Notes under the pieces: generated by a model | Seen by the model: the letters and a program-made list of their open reading frames with translations, nothing else | The model's database searches: none | Told to the model about the DNA's origin: nothing | Position numbers and translations under genes: made by a program | Shown: piece after piece, positions 13,225 through 27,620 of the stretch | How positions within the stretch are numbered: the stretch's first letter is position 1 | Layout: each line of letters begins with the position of its first letter | From: the human T2T-CHM13v2.0 reference genome, Homo sapiens | Length of the DNA: 64,000 nt | Assembly: GCF_009914755.1 (NCBI RefSeq) | Contig: NC_060937.1 | Strand: one strand, 5' to 3'

Positions 13225-13309
13225 ACGTTTGATGCAAATGATTTGTATCAGGGGCAGAATTTTAACAAGGTCCTCAGTTCCTTAGTGACTCTAAATAAAG
13301 TAACAGCAG
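13225..13309 (+). CDS. ARHGEF7: ARHGEF7 exon, C-terminal part of CH domain (TFDANDLYQGQNFNKVLSSLVTLNKVTA)
   Basis: ttttcctttcag acceptor, CAG|gtaaga donor; 85 nt, phase 0 to 1; recognisable PIX CH sequence. Confidence 0.95.
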
Positions 13310-14615
13310 GTAAGACTCTTTTTTATTGAACTCGAGGGGGTGGGAAGACATACGGGCTGACACCTTTGGTTTTCTTGTTTTACCAAAGCCAGGGGAGCAT
13401 TACTGAATTTAAAAAATAAGCTTTTGTTGCATTACGTTTTGATTGTTCCTTTTGCTGTGATATTTTATTTGCCTTGTTAGAATAGAATCTTCTTTAAATG
13501 TTCTGGTATATATCAGGTGTTTTCCTTTCTGTGGGTGGAGAGATTTCTCACCTGAACGTATAGCAGGAGAAAAGTGTCTAGTTCTTATGGGAAGGCTCAT
13601 GGGCTGTGTTGGAGCTAGAAGCACCTTTCTCTCAGTTTTTACTGAGTGTATGCTGGTTAAAATTTGTATCTAGTGGGCAGAAGTTTTGAGCCGTGACCAT
13701 GATAAGGGAGTGGCTCGTGGATTGGCCTGTAAAGTCCACACTACCTGTCCAGGGCTCCTGAGGGCTGTGGCACCCAGGTACATGGTGTGTGTGGTCCTAG
13801 CCCCCATTAGTACTGAAGTGGAGAGGAGGTTTTGGGGACATGGTGTGCCCCTCTCATGGGCCACAGCGAAGACAGGAGTTGTTCAGACAGGTCCTCTGAG
13901 GGAAGGTGCATGTTGTCCATGATGCCAAGGTCCCCGGAGGAAATGCTCCATGAGCCCTGAGGAGCTCTTTCTTGGATTTCTGTGTGGCTCAAAAGGAAGG
14001 AACTTTTTAGTTGCTTTTTTTGTCTTATTAGAGTAATTTTTTTTTCCTATTTACCTTCACGGATGTTAAATATCAGGTTTGTGGGGGAAAGTGCCGTGTC
14101 CTTTTCAAACAGAAACCTCCTGAGTTGATTTTGTCGGGGTCGCTTCTCAGCTTCGTCTGGCCCTTCAGAGGGGGGGGTGTACTTGCCTCACTGCACATTG
14201 AGGAGAGACGGGGGTTATGCATGCTTTGGGGCTGCAGTTCCTGGCTCCCGGAGGCTTCATCGGTGGTGCAGGGACTGTCCTTGGTGCTGCCTCCCAGCGC
14301 ATGTGTGCTCTGACTGCTGTCTGGAAGCTGATGCTGCTGCTGCTGATGCTGATGCCCCGGCGAGAGGCACTGGCCCCCATCCCTGGGAGCAGGGGCAGAC
14401 CCCAGGCAGAGGTGTGGCTGTGGCTGCGTGTTCACAGCTTGACTTCTGAGGTTTAAAGGACTGTTCAGATGAAAGCATCGAGGAAACAAAAATTTAAATG
14501 GCAGGATTATGAAGATGGATGTAACTAATGAAAATTGTCACATTATTTAATGCCTTCTCTGTCTCTACAATCTAAAAATGATCCTTTTAATATGAACAAA
14601 CAATAAGAAAATCAC

Positions 14616-14940
<325 letters not shown>

Positions 14941-15113
14941 CTAAAGTTATGGATGACATTGAAAAGGACATACATTTAGAGTGGATCACTGGAATTTAAT
15001 ACAAGAAATACTGCAACAGATGATGTACAGAAGTGGCATATTCATGTGTCCTGACCACATGGGGGAATCTGCCTGCAAACTCATATTCATCCATGCCTCA
15101 GAGTTTTGAATTA

Positions 15114-15403
15114 TTTTTTATGGAGGCAGGGTCTTGCTCTGTCGTCCACGCTGGAACACAGTGGTGTGATCTCAGCTCACTGAAGCCTCAGCCTCCTGGG
15201 CTCAGGCAGTCCTCCCACCTCGGCCTCCTCAGCAGCTGGGTCTGCAGGTGTGTGCCTCTGTGCCTGGCTAATTTTTGCATATTTGTAGAGATGGGGTTTC
15301 GCTGTGCTGCCCAGGCTTGTCTTAAACTCCTGAGCTCAAGCTATCTGCCTGCCTTGGCCTCCCGAAGTGCTGAGATTACAGGCTTATGCCACCATGCCTG
15401 TCC
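15114..15403 (-). mobile_element. AluJ
   Basis: Diverged dimeric Alu with J-type motifs (cctcctgggctcaggcagtcctccc). Confidence 0.88.
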
Positions 15404-15907
15404 TAAATGATGTGCCTTATAATTAACGTAGATCTCTGTGGCAGATGGGGCAATAGCACAGATATGTAAAATCTACAAGTAATCCTTAATTTGACTCTGC
15501 TCCCATTGAATACTTTTTTAGAGGTTGCTCACAGGAGCAGAAGATAGTAACTTTGAATTTCATTGTAGATGTTTTCTCTGCTTTTGCTGTAAGTGGGGGT
15601 GCTAATTAGGACGAAGTGGCTTTAGAACATGGCTTTAATTTGTACACTCAGTCTTGGGATTGTCAACCGTCTAGGTTTGAGACGGTAGGATTTACAAGTA
15701 AATAAGAGAAGTCAGAATCCAGTAGCTCTCAGGCTATTAGTTTTTACCTCTACCTTATGGAAATGTATTTTGTATATGTTCTTGGTATCATTGGCTATGT
15801 GTTGGATGTAAAATAGATAGCTTTGTTCTTTACAAAGACAAATTTGGAAGTTACCCCATAAACTTGGTACTTTTAAGCTTTTAAACTATAGGAATGACCC
15901 CTCCTAG

Positions 15908-16303
<396 letters not shown>

Positions 16304-17807
16304 TGATTGGCAAACAGTAAGACAACTGCAGCAGCCACAGTTACTGTGGACATTCTTGGGAAAATTGTCATTGTCTTTCTGCTTCTGTCTCTTAAAATCA
16401 TATGTGTTCTCAAGGCATTTAGTTGACTGTAACTGGCCTTTTAATTGGATAGAAGAAAGCTTGGTGATGGGGAAGTACAGAATGTCTTCAGGATGGCCCT
16501 CCTTGTATGAGAATTTCCTGGAAGGCTGTGGCCAGCAGAGCACTGCAGACCATGGCCGGGAGCCCTGTAGAATTTGCTGGAAATGCCCTTTTAGCTGGTT
16601 TTGTGCTGCGGGTTGCCTGAGACCCCTGTGTTCTCAAGCAGAATGTGCTCTATAGAGATTACTCGTAACCTGCCCTCAGCAGGTCCTGGGAAGTGTAGGG
16701 TGAGGGGGTGACCTGAGAAGAATTTAAGATCGTTGGAGTAGCAAGCCCCCATCTGTGGGGTCAGGCAGGTGGCGTGAAGGGAGGAGCTGGATGGAAGGGC
16801 ATGGGTGCTGGGTCCTCTCAGGACAGCCCCTGCCCAGCTCTGAGCCAGCTTTACCTGATGGGATATAGACCTGGTGTGGCCACATCCTAAATGTGTCAAG
16901 AGCAGTGGGGAATCTGGGTTTTTGGTGATACCTTCAGACTTTTCGATGTTGACCGTTTAATTCAGAATTTTATAAGATACGTGCAAGCCAATCCAAACAC
17001 CTGGGAGGAAGCTGGGACCTGGAGACTTAGGGTTGCTTTCATGGAAGCCTCCCTGGAGTTTAGGACATGGCCGGGCACGTGCCTCTCAGAACAGCGATTT
17101 TCCCAGCAAAGTTTTTCACAGCCTCATTCTCTCTTTTTTTTAATTGAGTCACTTTTAAGAATAAATTGCTATTATTTATTTGTTGGATGGCCTGTGTGGA
17201 GTGTCTTATGAAGGGAGATCCAGAGAACAGAACTAAGCCTCTTACTGTCTGTTTACTTTGATTCTGTCAGCAACTTCATGAGGTGAGTAGAGCCTGTGCT
17301 GCCTTAGTGTTGGGGAAATAATCCTCACAAGGTTCTCTCTGGCTGAAAAATACACTGGATTTTCTCTTTTAAATAAGAGTCTTTTCCTTCTGTTGCTTAT
17401 TGCATGACACATCGTCCTGGAAAAGTGGGCATGTGGTGGTGATGCTTTGGAGAATCAGTACTTGGTTGTTCTCCGCTCCATAATCAAATTTGAGAGGCTT
17501 TTTTTTCCAGGTGAAGGGAAAATCTTTAAAAGTTATAATACATTTCACAAACTTTTGAAAATTATATTAGAGAAGAACTGATTAATAGTTATCTCCAGAT
17601 AATTTCTGGAAAGGTAGTTGGGGAATGAATGCAAGTCATTTATGTAGCAAATAATTTGTTCTTTGTTTTCTGCATAAATGGGCTGCTTTGTTGTGGTCTT
17701 TTGGTGTGTCCCTCTGTGCTGCCCTAGTTTTAAAGTCTAGTGTGTAGTGTGGGTGCGTGGTATCAGGCGCTCTCAGCTCTCTTTTTCTGTGTGCATGCTC
17801 TTTGCAG

Positions 17808-17938
17808 ACATCGGGCTGGGGAGTGACTCCGTGTGTGCCCGGCCCTCGTCTCACCGCATAAAGTCTTTTGACTCCCTTGGATCACAGTCTTTGCACACTC
17901 GGACTTCAAAACTGTTCCAGGGCCAGTATCGGAGTTTG
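17808..17938 (+). CDS. ARHGEF7: ARHGEF7 exon, CH-SH3 linker (DIGLGSDSVCARPSSHRIKSFDSLGSQSLHTRTSKLFQGQYRSL)
   Basis: ctctttgcag acceptor, TTG|gtaagt donor; 131 nt, phase 1 to 0, in frame with both neighbours. Confidence 0.95.
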
Positions 17939-20900
17939 GTAAGTTTGAGAGATTTTGTTACTTAAATATGTTTGGGAAGGATATGAGTGTGTATGGATAT
18001 ATCTGAGAAGATACGTATGCCTCCATTAATGGTGTTAAACAGGGCAAAGGTAGCTGGACTTCGCCTCCGTTGTGCCTGTAATCTGGTTTGGCATTTGCTC
18101 ATTACCAGATGATCCAGATATTATGCTTAATGATTGCTTTTGAGAAACTCATTTGTTTTTAGGTTGTATTGCAAGACTCATGACTCGATATCTGGAGTGA
18201 TGCTGCTTTAAAAAAACACACCCCTTGTCATTTGCATGGCATTATCAGCTATGCACATGTACAGAAATATTGAGAATAAGAAATATGTATGGAAAAGTAC
18301 TCAGCTCCGTAAAGAAGAGATGGTTAAAACTAAAGAATCTGGCCTTTCTTCTCTTCATGAAAGCATGGCTTAGTGTGCTTTACTAAGTCAGGATTTAGTT
18401 TACAGGGGAGGGAATCCCTTAGAATGACTGATTGGGACGCAGAGAAAGAAACTTAGATGATCGAACAGTTGTCGTGGAGAGTGAAAAAATACTCGTTTAA
18501 AAATGCTCAGGATACAGGCTGTGAGTAAAGCCCATGGAATGTAATAGTGAAGTTGAAAATGAGAAACTCAAGCAGGGTTAAACAGGGCTGCCTGTAGAGT
18601 GTTGGGGCAGAGCCAGGGCTGCCACTCTGCAGTCCTGCACCCTTCTCTGAGCTGCAGCTGGCGGGCAGTGACTTCGATTGGCTGCTGGGGATACCACTGC
18701 TTTCTCGCGACAGTACATACTTTGTTAGAAACATAGTGATCTTGTAACGTGAGTCTAGAGAGAACCCTATTCTAGAGTCATGAAGGGTCCATGGATTTTC
18801 CTCTGCCTTAACATGGGGGAGTATTGCTAAGTAAGCTGATGGTGGTCCTCAAGAAATAAAAGTTAATTTAGATAGAGTCGTGATTTGTAGAGGGAAATAA
18901 ATTACAGTGGTTTATGAAGCATGTGTGAAAAATGGAAAGATATGCGAGGAATGTGATTTTTATGTTTCTGAACTTTTTGAACTCAAGCTCGCTATCATTG
19001 CTGTGTCTCCTCTTAGAGGATCCCCGAGGGGTCTGACTGCTTCAGGCGTGGTGGGCGGTGGGCTGCATGGCCTGAGTGCTGCAGTCCTCACAGCAGCCCC
19101 GAGAGGCCTGGCTGTTGCTGTTTCCTGCTTTGCAGGAGCCTGTTCTGGAAGAATTCTGTGGACTACCATTGGGAGCATTAGGATTCCAAGTTAAAGAGGA
19201 CTAAACAAACCACTTTAAACACACTTGAAATGAGCTCTGTAAAACACATGAGGAAAACATAAGAGAAATCAGCTCGCCTTGGGTAAAGCTGTGATTTGCT
19301 GTCTCACCCGTTCACTGGTGGCAATTTTCATCTGATTTTTTTTTCTTTTTGAGTAGAGGACTAGATTACAAATGTATAATTTTAAGTAAAATAAAGTTAA
19401 ATGTAATGTTTGTTGGTAATGTTACTGAGATCATAGTAAGTATTGGATTAATTTTTCATTAGCTGCTGAAATTTCGTTATACTAGAAATAGACTTGCGCT
19501 CTCTGACCTGTGTGAAGTCTTTTTGGGCTGATGTTTTGATTGGGTGCTAGAGAGCTGCTTTCTCTTTGATGGAATGTGCAAGACCTCTCTCAGCCATGCT
19601 AGGTAAGAATGAATGTTTCTTTACCCTTAGGTTTTTCTGTGTAGTTTATCGATAGCACTTTGTAGTAGTTTTCTTGGATTAAAAATTAAGAACTTATCTT
19701 GAAACAAGAATGGCCTAACATTCCTTTGAAGCTGGGCAGTGGATGCATGGAGGGCCACCTGTCACTCTCTCCTTTTGTGTGCATTTGAACATTTCCATGA
19801 TAAAAAGTTAAGCTAAAAGGCAACTTGCAGTTTCTTGAATGTCAGTTTTGAGATCATATTAAACCTAAGCTTTGAGATTGCGTAAGACGCTTCCATCCCC
19901 CAGGCGAGGATCTGTGTTCTGAGGGGCTGGTGTTGTTTATGCCCCTTTGCTCTTGTGTTGCTCCTTCATTACCTGCCTCCCTTTCAGTGTAAGAATGTGT
20001 CCTCCAGCCACCACTGCAGTTGCTGGTTGTTTTTATAAGCTTGTTTTTCATCTGTGAAACCGTCAGCCCCCTGCCTCGGGACAGATTTCCTGTCTTGGGA
20101 TATAGGCAGGCTTGAACAGTTTGATGTTGCGTTTACTGCTTTGCACTGCAGTGGAGGTTTTCACTTGTCTGCGGTGCCCCTCCACCATTCCAAGGAAAGA
20201 ACAGTCAGGGGAGAGTTCTTACCCACTTCCAGAGGCTGAACTAAATCGAGCTCTTTATCCAGTTCGGCTCTGTGATGGGCCTCGGTGGTGAAGAATGTGG
20301 TAGGCGCCAGTTGTAGATTTAGGTATGGTTTTTCTCATAGATAAGGCATGAGTTCATACTTCACTCTTTGTTCGACACCGCTGGAATTCCTGGTGACTGC
20401 TGTGCTTTTAGTCTTCAACTGCTGGCTGCTGATTGGTACAGCCTTGAGTGCTGAATGCTGTTCTCAGAGTTTGGGGATGGCGTTTGTGAGGTGATTGTCC
20501 CCATCATCCTTCATTTCTGGGAGAGGTGACTTGATTTCTTAAAGTGCTGCTTCTGCTTCTGGAAACCAGGGACCTGTACGTCTGGCACAGTCCTGATGCT
20601 GGCAGCTAACCTTGGCTTTGGACCAGTCACCGAGTGTATTTCCAAGACATGCAAGAAATTATATCCAAATGTATTGTACACATTGTTAAATATTTTCATA
20701 TACCATATTTTGTCAATTCAAAGACTTCTCTTTTTAAGTCATTTTAACACATCTGGAAGTACGTGTATCTTACAGTTGATGGTATGCCATAATGTAATTG
20801 ACAGTATTTGGTGGAATATAAAGGCATTGTCTAATTTTTGGCATCTTATATTGGTTGACATGAGGAAACTGAAGCTTAGAGAAGATATTTACCCAAGATC

Positions 20901-21269
20901 ACAGCACTCAGAAATAGTAAAGTTGGAGTAAAAATTGTGTCTCCGTCCTTTGGCAAGCATTTCTCCTTCTGTAAAGGAAATTATAGGTGCTCTTAGAGAG
21001 CGGAGGAGAGGGTATTGTTGGTGTGAAGCAGCACTCCAGAGTGTCCTGGTTTTGGATTGTTAGGGTAATTTCAGAACATGGGATACAATAAAGTAATCAG
21101 GTGATTAATATCCAAGATACTGATGGGTGGTGCTTTGGCTCCAGGCATCAGAAAGAGGCCGTTAAGGAGCATGGTGGGCATAGATGACTGTGCCCGGCCA
21201 GGTCGTGTGTGCCTGGATGGGGTCTCTTCTCCCTTTGGGTTAGGGCAGTGGGGGAACTGTCTTCACTCC

Positions 21270-21600
21270 CCTCCAGTTACTAAATTTTATTGACACGTAA
21301 CGTACATAGAAAACCAGTTCATGTATTGTGTGCATACAGCGTGATGTATTGCATGATGAAGTTTTATACATGGAACATTCCCGTGTAAGCACCCAGATGA
21401 GGAGGCAGAGCATGACCAGCCTCCAACTCCTCGATGGAGCTTGCGTTCCCCAAGGTGTCTGCTGTCCTGATGTCTGATGGTGAAGATGAGTTTTATCCAT
21501 TTTTGTATTTTTTTTAGCAATGGGATTCTGTGGCATATCCTTTTGTTGTTGTTGTTGTAACGACTGGCTTGTTTTTCTCAACTGAATGATTTAGATTCCC
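21270..21600 (-). mobile_element. Old L1M 3'-end fragment
   Basis: Antisense L1ME-like motifs (ttttattgacacgtaa ... gtaagcacccagatgaggaggcagagcat); approximate. Confidence 0.4.
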
Positions 21601-24351
21601 TTAGAGTGTCATGTTGAGTCCAGACAGGTAACAAGCTACAGTTTCAGGAGAGCTTTTTAAAAAAGGGAAAAAAACCCCACAATGATAAAATAGTGATGAA
21701 ATCCATCTCTTCCAGCTTCCTGTAACACTACTGACAGTGAACGGACCCCTCACTCAGCTGCCGTGATTTTAGGCTGAACGTGGTAGTATAGAGTGTGTAG
21801 TTGGAATATAGCCTTTTCTAGGACACCCTTTTCCAGCCAGTCCCATGCATCTTGCGCTCTGATGGAGCACTTCTTGGCATGTTCTAAGTAACCTGTCTTG
21901 AGAGTAATAGGCAGAAAGAACATTACAGAGCCCACATGTCCTTCAGTGTAATGACTGCTGAAGAATGGAGGTATGTTGCGACGTTTCACCTGGATACCTG
22001 GATCTGAAACAGCTGCCTGCCCCCTGTACCCTTCCTTGGATTCCCCGCTCTCTTAGACGCCGCCCTTTCTTTCTGGGGTGTTGCATTGATGAAGTAATGT
22101 CAGTAGGCGTGCCTCCCTCACCCGTACCTTAAGTGTAGAGCGTGCATGCATTTGCACACTCAAGACTGAGGTGGAACTCCGCTGCCTCTTGATCATACCT
22201 CATCTCCCCTCTGCTTCCATTCAGGCCTGCCCTGGCCTCAGCCCTGGTGCTGGCTGGAGCCTCAGGGCTGGCCAAGGGTGATCTCGGGCACCTGACCTGG
22301 GAAGGGGCCTGCTGCGCCTGCGTTGCTTTGCTCACCACAGCTGTGTTCTGGCATTGGAGCTGATCACCAGGGTGCATGCACTGTGAGCCTGTTTTCCACA
22401 AGGCCGGCGTGCCCAGGTGACGTTGGATTACTTACAGGAGAGCATGGTCGCGATCACAGCAGACAGCTAGTGAGTGGAGATGGTGGTTTGCAAAAAGAGA
22501 ACTTGACATAGCACAGTGAACTCGGGTCACGTTTCACCACACAAGAGCAAGGAACACGTGACAGTTTCTGGATGGGATCTTCAGTTGCAATGGCAAACTT
22601 GACCCTGCCCCTTGTTGGTCACAGGGCCCAGAGAGCTTTGTGTCTGCGCTGGTAATTGTTCGCTGGCGCTTTTGTTGCCAAACACTGAAGAGAGGCTTCT
22701 TGATTAAATATGAAATATGCATTAAGTATTTCACTTACGAATTTGAATTACTAAATACATATTTATAATTAATACTTAATCTGTAAACACATTTAAATAG
22801 ATAAGTATTAAATATTTTTGGAATAATATTACAGCTACTCCTTATTGAGGATCTGTTGTGACCTCTTTGCTTTGATGCTTTACCTTTTAAAAATGTTTTT
22901 TTTTTCAGTGATTTATACATTCACTTAAAGTCAGGTGATTCGCTGAGACCTGCTATTAGGAAAAAACAGTAGGGACGGCCACTTTTAATTTTTTTCCACT
23001 AGTTCTTTTTTTGTTTTGATTTTTATGGTGCATAGTTCATCTATATTTATGGGGTACACGAGCTGTCTTGATACAGACATACAATGCGTAATAATCATAT
23101 CAGAGTAACTGGGGGCATCCGTCCCCTCTAGCATCCATGACTTCTGAGTGCTGGTTCTTAAGGAGTGCTTTCTAATGCGGATAGTTGTTAAAGTTTGGTG
23201 TCCTGCGGGGCTGAGGGGGCGATCTTGCTGGAGGATTGTATTTGGCTGTCCTGCTCCTCCGTTGGTGCTTTGTAGGTATTTGCCTGTGTGTCTCTAAATA
23301 AAGTGCCCTTTTTTTTTGTTTTTCCTTAATTTGGGGTGATATCAATGTGGACTCCCACAGAGAAAGAAGGGCTGGTGCTGTTTTCCTCCCCTGGCCCCTT
23401 GACCTGCATAAATGCCTAGGCCTGTCGTCCCCATGGCTGAGTTCCACCCTGGTTTCACTGAGATCGGTGTTCAGGGTAACATGACGAGGTGAATAATATT
23501 CGGAGCAGAGCCACGTTGTATGCTATGACTGTTCTTACCTTTCTAATATTTTGTTTTCGAGAATTAGTAATTCTCGTTTCTTTGTTTAGTTTTCTGTGTA
23601 TGTTTTGCAGGTTGCAGATCTAGTCTTTTGCGTATTTCTAAGGGTCTCTTTGACATTCAAACACATTAATTTTTCTCTTCTCTTCCCGATTAACTAAGCT
23701 CTTGGAGCCTGTGCCCTACTTGAATCTCTCTTGGTTGTGAGCCAGGCTGGCCGCACAGCTGCTGCCTCTGAGCCGCCTTCCATTGTCACCTGGGACACTC
23801 CCCCTGACTGTGTAGATCTCCTCTGCCTCTTTCTTTTCAGTTTTTTTGTTAATTCCCCTGTTTTGGAGAAGCACATTTTTAACTCCTTCAGAAAGTGGTG
23901 CGTGGGAGGTAAATTTTTGAGATCTTGTATATCTGCAGGTGTCTGTTTTATTAATAACTTTTTTGTCTTTAGTTTTCAGAAGTTTAATTTATGGTATGAA
24001 TTGGTTTGAATTTCTTTAGGTTTATACTAGTTGGGGTTCACGCAGGTTCCTGGATTGGTATATTTATGTCTTCTGTCAAATTTGGGATATTCTGAGCCAT
24101 ATTTTCTTACCCTGCTTTTCAGCTCTGCCCTCTTAGACTCAGCTTCTGAGACTGATACCAGTGTTTGAAGTTCTTTTATTTCCCACAAGTCCCTGGGACT
24201 GAGTGTTGCTGGATGGGGGGGTGATGATTGGCCTGCTAGTGGTAGAGCGGGGGCTGTATGTCAAGAAGTGTGGGTGGTCTCAGGCCTTCCCTGTGGCTGG
24301 GTGGAGGGCAGGGAGAAGCCAGTGTGGGCAGATGGAATCACCTGCTGCCAC

Positions 24352-24573
24352 CTGGTGGGGATAGAGGCCTGGACTCTGCTGATGTCACTGGTGGGGATAG
24401 AGGCCTGGACTCTGCTGATGTCGCTGGTGGGGATAGAGGCCTGGACTCTGCTGATGTCGCTGGTGGGGATAGAGGCCTGGACTCTGCTGATGTCGCTGGT
24501 GGGGATAGAGGCCTGGACTCTGCTGATGTTGCTGGTGGGGATAGAGGCCTGGACTCTGCTGATGTCGCTGGTG
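24352..24573. repeat. 36-bp VNTR, 6 copies
   Basis: Unit CTGGTGGGGATAGAGGCCTGGACTCTGCTGATGTCG starts at 24352, 24388, 24424, 24460, 24496, 24532. Confidence 0.97.
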
Positions 24574-25615
24574 TTCCCTAGAGCTCTGAACGTTCTGTGC
24601 AGTCTGTGGGACACTGCGTTGCAGGTGGGCTGGGCTCGCTTACCATCAGTGGTAGGGAAGAGGGGTGGGCCGGGGCTGAGGTCTGCCAGGCGGCCCTTTT
24701 CTTGCTCCTGTGCCGGCACGAGCAGGCTTCTCCTAGGGTTGTCAGGCTGTGCGCTTTGGTAGTTCTGCATCTCCAGCCTCCAGAGCTCTGTCCGGGGCAG
24801 ATGGAAATCAAACAGGCCCCAGCCCCTCTGCCTTCCTCTTTCTGCCTTTCAGAAATCTGAAAATATGCACAGTTTCTGAGAAAAATGCGAATTAAAATAC
24901 GAGGTACTGTTTCTTGTCAGTTTGGCAATATTGAGTGTTGGTGGAAGTTTGAAATGAGCACTTTTAGATACTGTTGCTGGGGATGTTGCTTGGTGTAGTT
25001 TGTAGAAACTTTTTGGAGGACAATTTAGAAAGATGTATTAAAAAGTTAACTGTAATAAATATGTCTTCTGACCAGAATTTAATGTATAGCTGGTTTACAG
25101 GTATATTCAAAGATAGACATACAAATATTTTTAATGCAGCCTTGTCTACACAAGGAAAGTACTGTATATGGTATCTGGAAATATACTGGAAATAATCTAA
25201 AAATCCACTAATGGAGAGTGGGTTCCATAATGAGTGGTATAGTCATATAGCATAACATTAAGTGTTATGTAAGCACCAGTAAGTACTGCCAGATAAATGA
25301 CATGTTGTCTTAACTTTTGTGACTTGTGGAGAAGTGCGTGTAGTGTGACTCTGTCTCTGTCACATGGATGTGTCTGATTAGGCATCACAGTGGCAGACCA
25401 GGACCTTTGAATGCTGTGAAGAGGGTGTCCTCTGGGGCTGGAGTGGTGCTGGTGGTGGTCATGGGGCACTGGAAGGGAGGAAACTGAAATTTCTCTAAAT
25501 GTATTTCTACTGTTGGGCAATTATGCTACCTTTGTACTAGTAAAGTATAATCCATTTTATAATGAAGTAGACTGTTCTTGGTATAATTTTTCTCCCACTC
25601 TTCTTCCCCTTTTAG

Positions 25616-25817
25616 GACATGACCGATAATAGCAACAATCAACTGGTAGTAAGAGCAAAGTTTAACTTCCAGCAGACCAATGAGGACGAGCTTTCCTTCT
25701 CAAAAGGAGACGTCATCCATGTCACCCGTGTGGAAGAGGGAGGCTGGTGGGAGGGCACACTCAACGGCCGGACCGGCTGGTTCCCCAGCAACTACGTGCG
25801 CGAGGTCAAGGCCAGCG
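25616..25817 (+). CDS. ARHGEF7: ARHGEF7 SH3-domain exon; ATG 25619 is the start of short beta-PIX isoforms (MTDNSNNQ...)
   Basis: cccttttag acceptor, GCG|gtaagt donor; [51 protein letters not shown]; 202 nt, phase 0 to 1. Confidence 0.98.
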
Positions 25818-26959
25818 GTAAGTGGCCGAGCCTGGGCTGTGTGTGGCTTTTTGCGATGAGCAGAAAGAAGTAAATGTACTTGACATAGTGTTTACTCTCC
25901 AGCTGGACCTGTGCAAATGACCTGGTCTTAGGATACAGTTTTTTGTTAGATGTAATGGATTTTCACCTCAGCCCCACATTGGGGCCCTGGCATCAAGGGC
26001 TCTCTAGTTACTAGCCAGCATTTCCTTTCATCCTGGCATTTTCCAGACGTGAAGAGAAACATCTCGAATCTTTATCATTGCAGTTTTACTGTGAAAGAAT
26101 TGATCTTTTTTTTTTTTTTTAAGAGCTAGTGTCAGGACTTGGAGTTGGCAGTCCGCAGGCTGTGTTTAATTTTTGTGACTATGGGTGGTACTTTTGGCAG
26201 TGGTGTGCAATGAAGTAATTTCTGTCATTCTCTTTGTACTAGTGATAGTATTTTACAAATGCATTGCTTCCTTATGTTTTGTAGTTGTTCACATTGTTTC
26301 ACTGACTTTCCGATTTTGAGGCTTGTGTTCTTATGAAAGAATAGTGATCCTCGGCACATGGCTATGGCTGCCGGGCTGTCGTGCTTCTTGTGGAAGCGTG
26401 TGGGTGGGTGGACAGAGGTGGGGGGTGGGATTTGTGAAGGGAACAATCATGTGTGTCACTTTACTTGCATCCTGCCCTGTAGTTGAAAAACACCGTTGTA
26501 TACTACAGTTCCTCAGATTCTGCTGGGGAAAGAGTGACTTACAGAGAATAGCTGATACACAGGGAGCTGTGGAAAGGACATGATACAAAATTGTAGCTCT
26601 GCTCTAGGGCTTGGGTGACTGAGCCTCAGAGCCACAGGTGTTTCATATGGAAAATGAGGATGATAGTTCTCCCTTGTGCGGTCTTGTGGGGTTGAATTGT
26701 TAAGGTTTATACTATGTGTATGGAGTCTGGCAGAGTAGGAGCTCAGGGAATGTTAATGGCTGCTATTTTTCTAAGGTAGCAAGAAAAAAAGATTTACAAA
26801 TGGGAATATGACAATTTTGATGTAAAAATATTTTCTCAGTGACCTCAGAAAACAAGTATTTTAATAAGGCAGATGGCAGCCCTTATTTGTAAACTTCTCT
26901 GGTGTTGGAATTTTTAGGAACAGCACCTGCCTGTTCTTATTGTATGTATATGTATACAT

Positions 26960-27620
26960 ATATGTAAAGCAGTTCGCCATTTTTACCAGTTCTAAGTGTA
27001 CTGTTCAGTAGCACTAGGTACATTCACAGTTTTATAACCATCACCACCGTTTATCTCCAGAACTGTTTCTTCTCAAACTGAATTCTGTTCCCATTAAACA
27101 GTCCCCATTCCCCTCCCCAGCCCCTGCCCTCTACCATTCTGCTTTCTGTCTCTGAATTTGATTACCGTTGGTGCTTCGTGTAAGTGCAGTCATTTTGTCT
27201 TTTGACTGCTTATTTCATTCAGCATAAAGTGCTGGAGGGTTTTCCATGCTGTAGCATATGACAGAGTTACCTTCCTTTGTAAGGCTGAATAATATTTCAT
27301 CATATGTATGTACAACATTGTGTGTTGATGGGAACTTGGGTTACTTTCACCTCTTGGCTATGTGAATAATGCTGCTAGGAGCATGGTTGTGTAAGTATTT
27401 GAGTCCTTGCTTTTCAGTTCTTTTCTGTATATACCCAGAAGTGGAATTGCTGGGTCAGATGGTGGTTCTGTGATTAAGTCTGGAGGAACTGCCACGTGGT
27501 TTTCCCCAGCGGCTGGACCATGTCGCATTCCCACAAGCAGTGCACAGGGTTCTGCTGCTTCTGTGTTCTCGCCAACTTGTTTTTTTTTTTCTTAAAGTAA
27601 TAGCCATCCTGTTGGATGTG
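26960..27620 (-). mobile_element. L1M (L1MB-like) 3'-end fragment
   Basis: aaggctgaataatatttc, tatatacccagaagtggaattgctgggtca, tagccatcct antisense L1 motifs. Confidence 0.75.

Noticed and set aside
14326-14355. CTG-rich run giving polyQ/polyA-like ORFs
   Set aside because: Short, interrupted and intronic
24258-24770. Repetitive ORFs in several frames across the 36-bp VNTR, and a CRISPR-like appearance
   Set aside because: The unit is a stop-free multiple of 3; the units abut with no unique spacers and the DNA is eukaryotic
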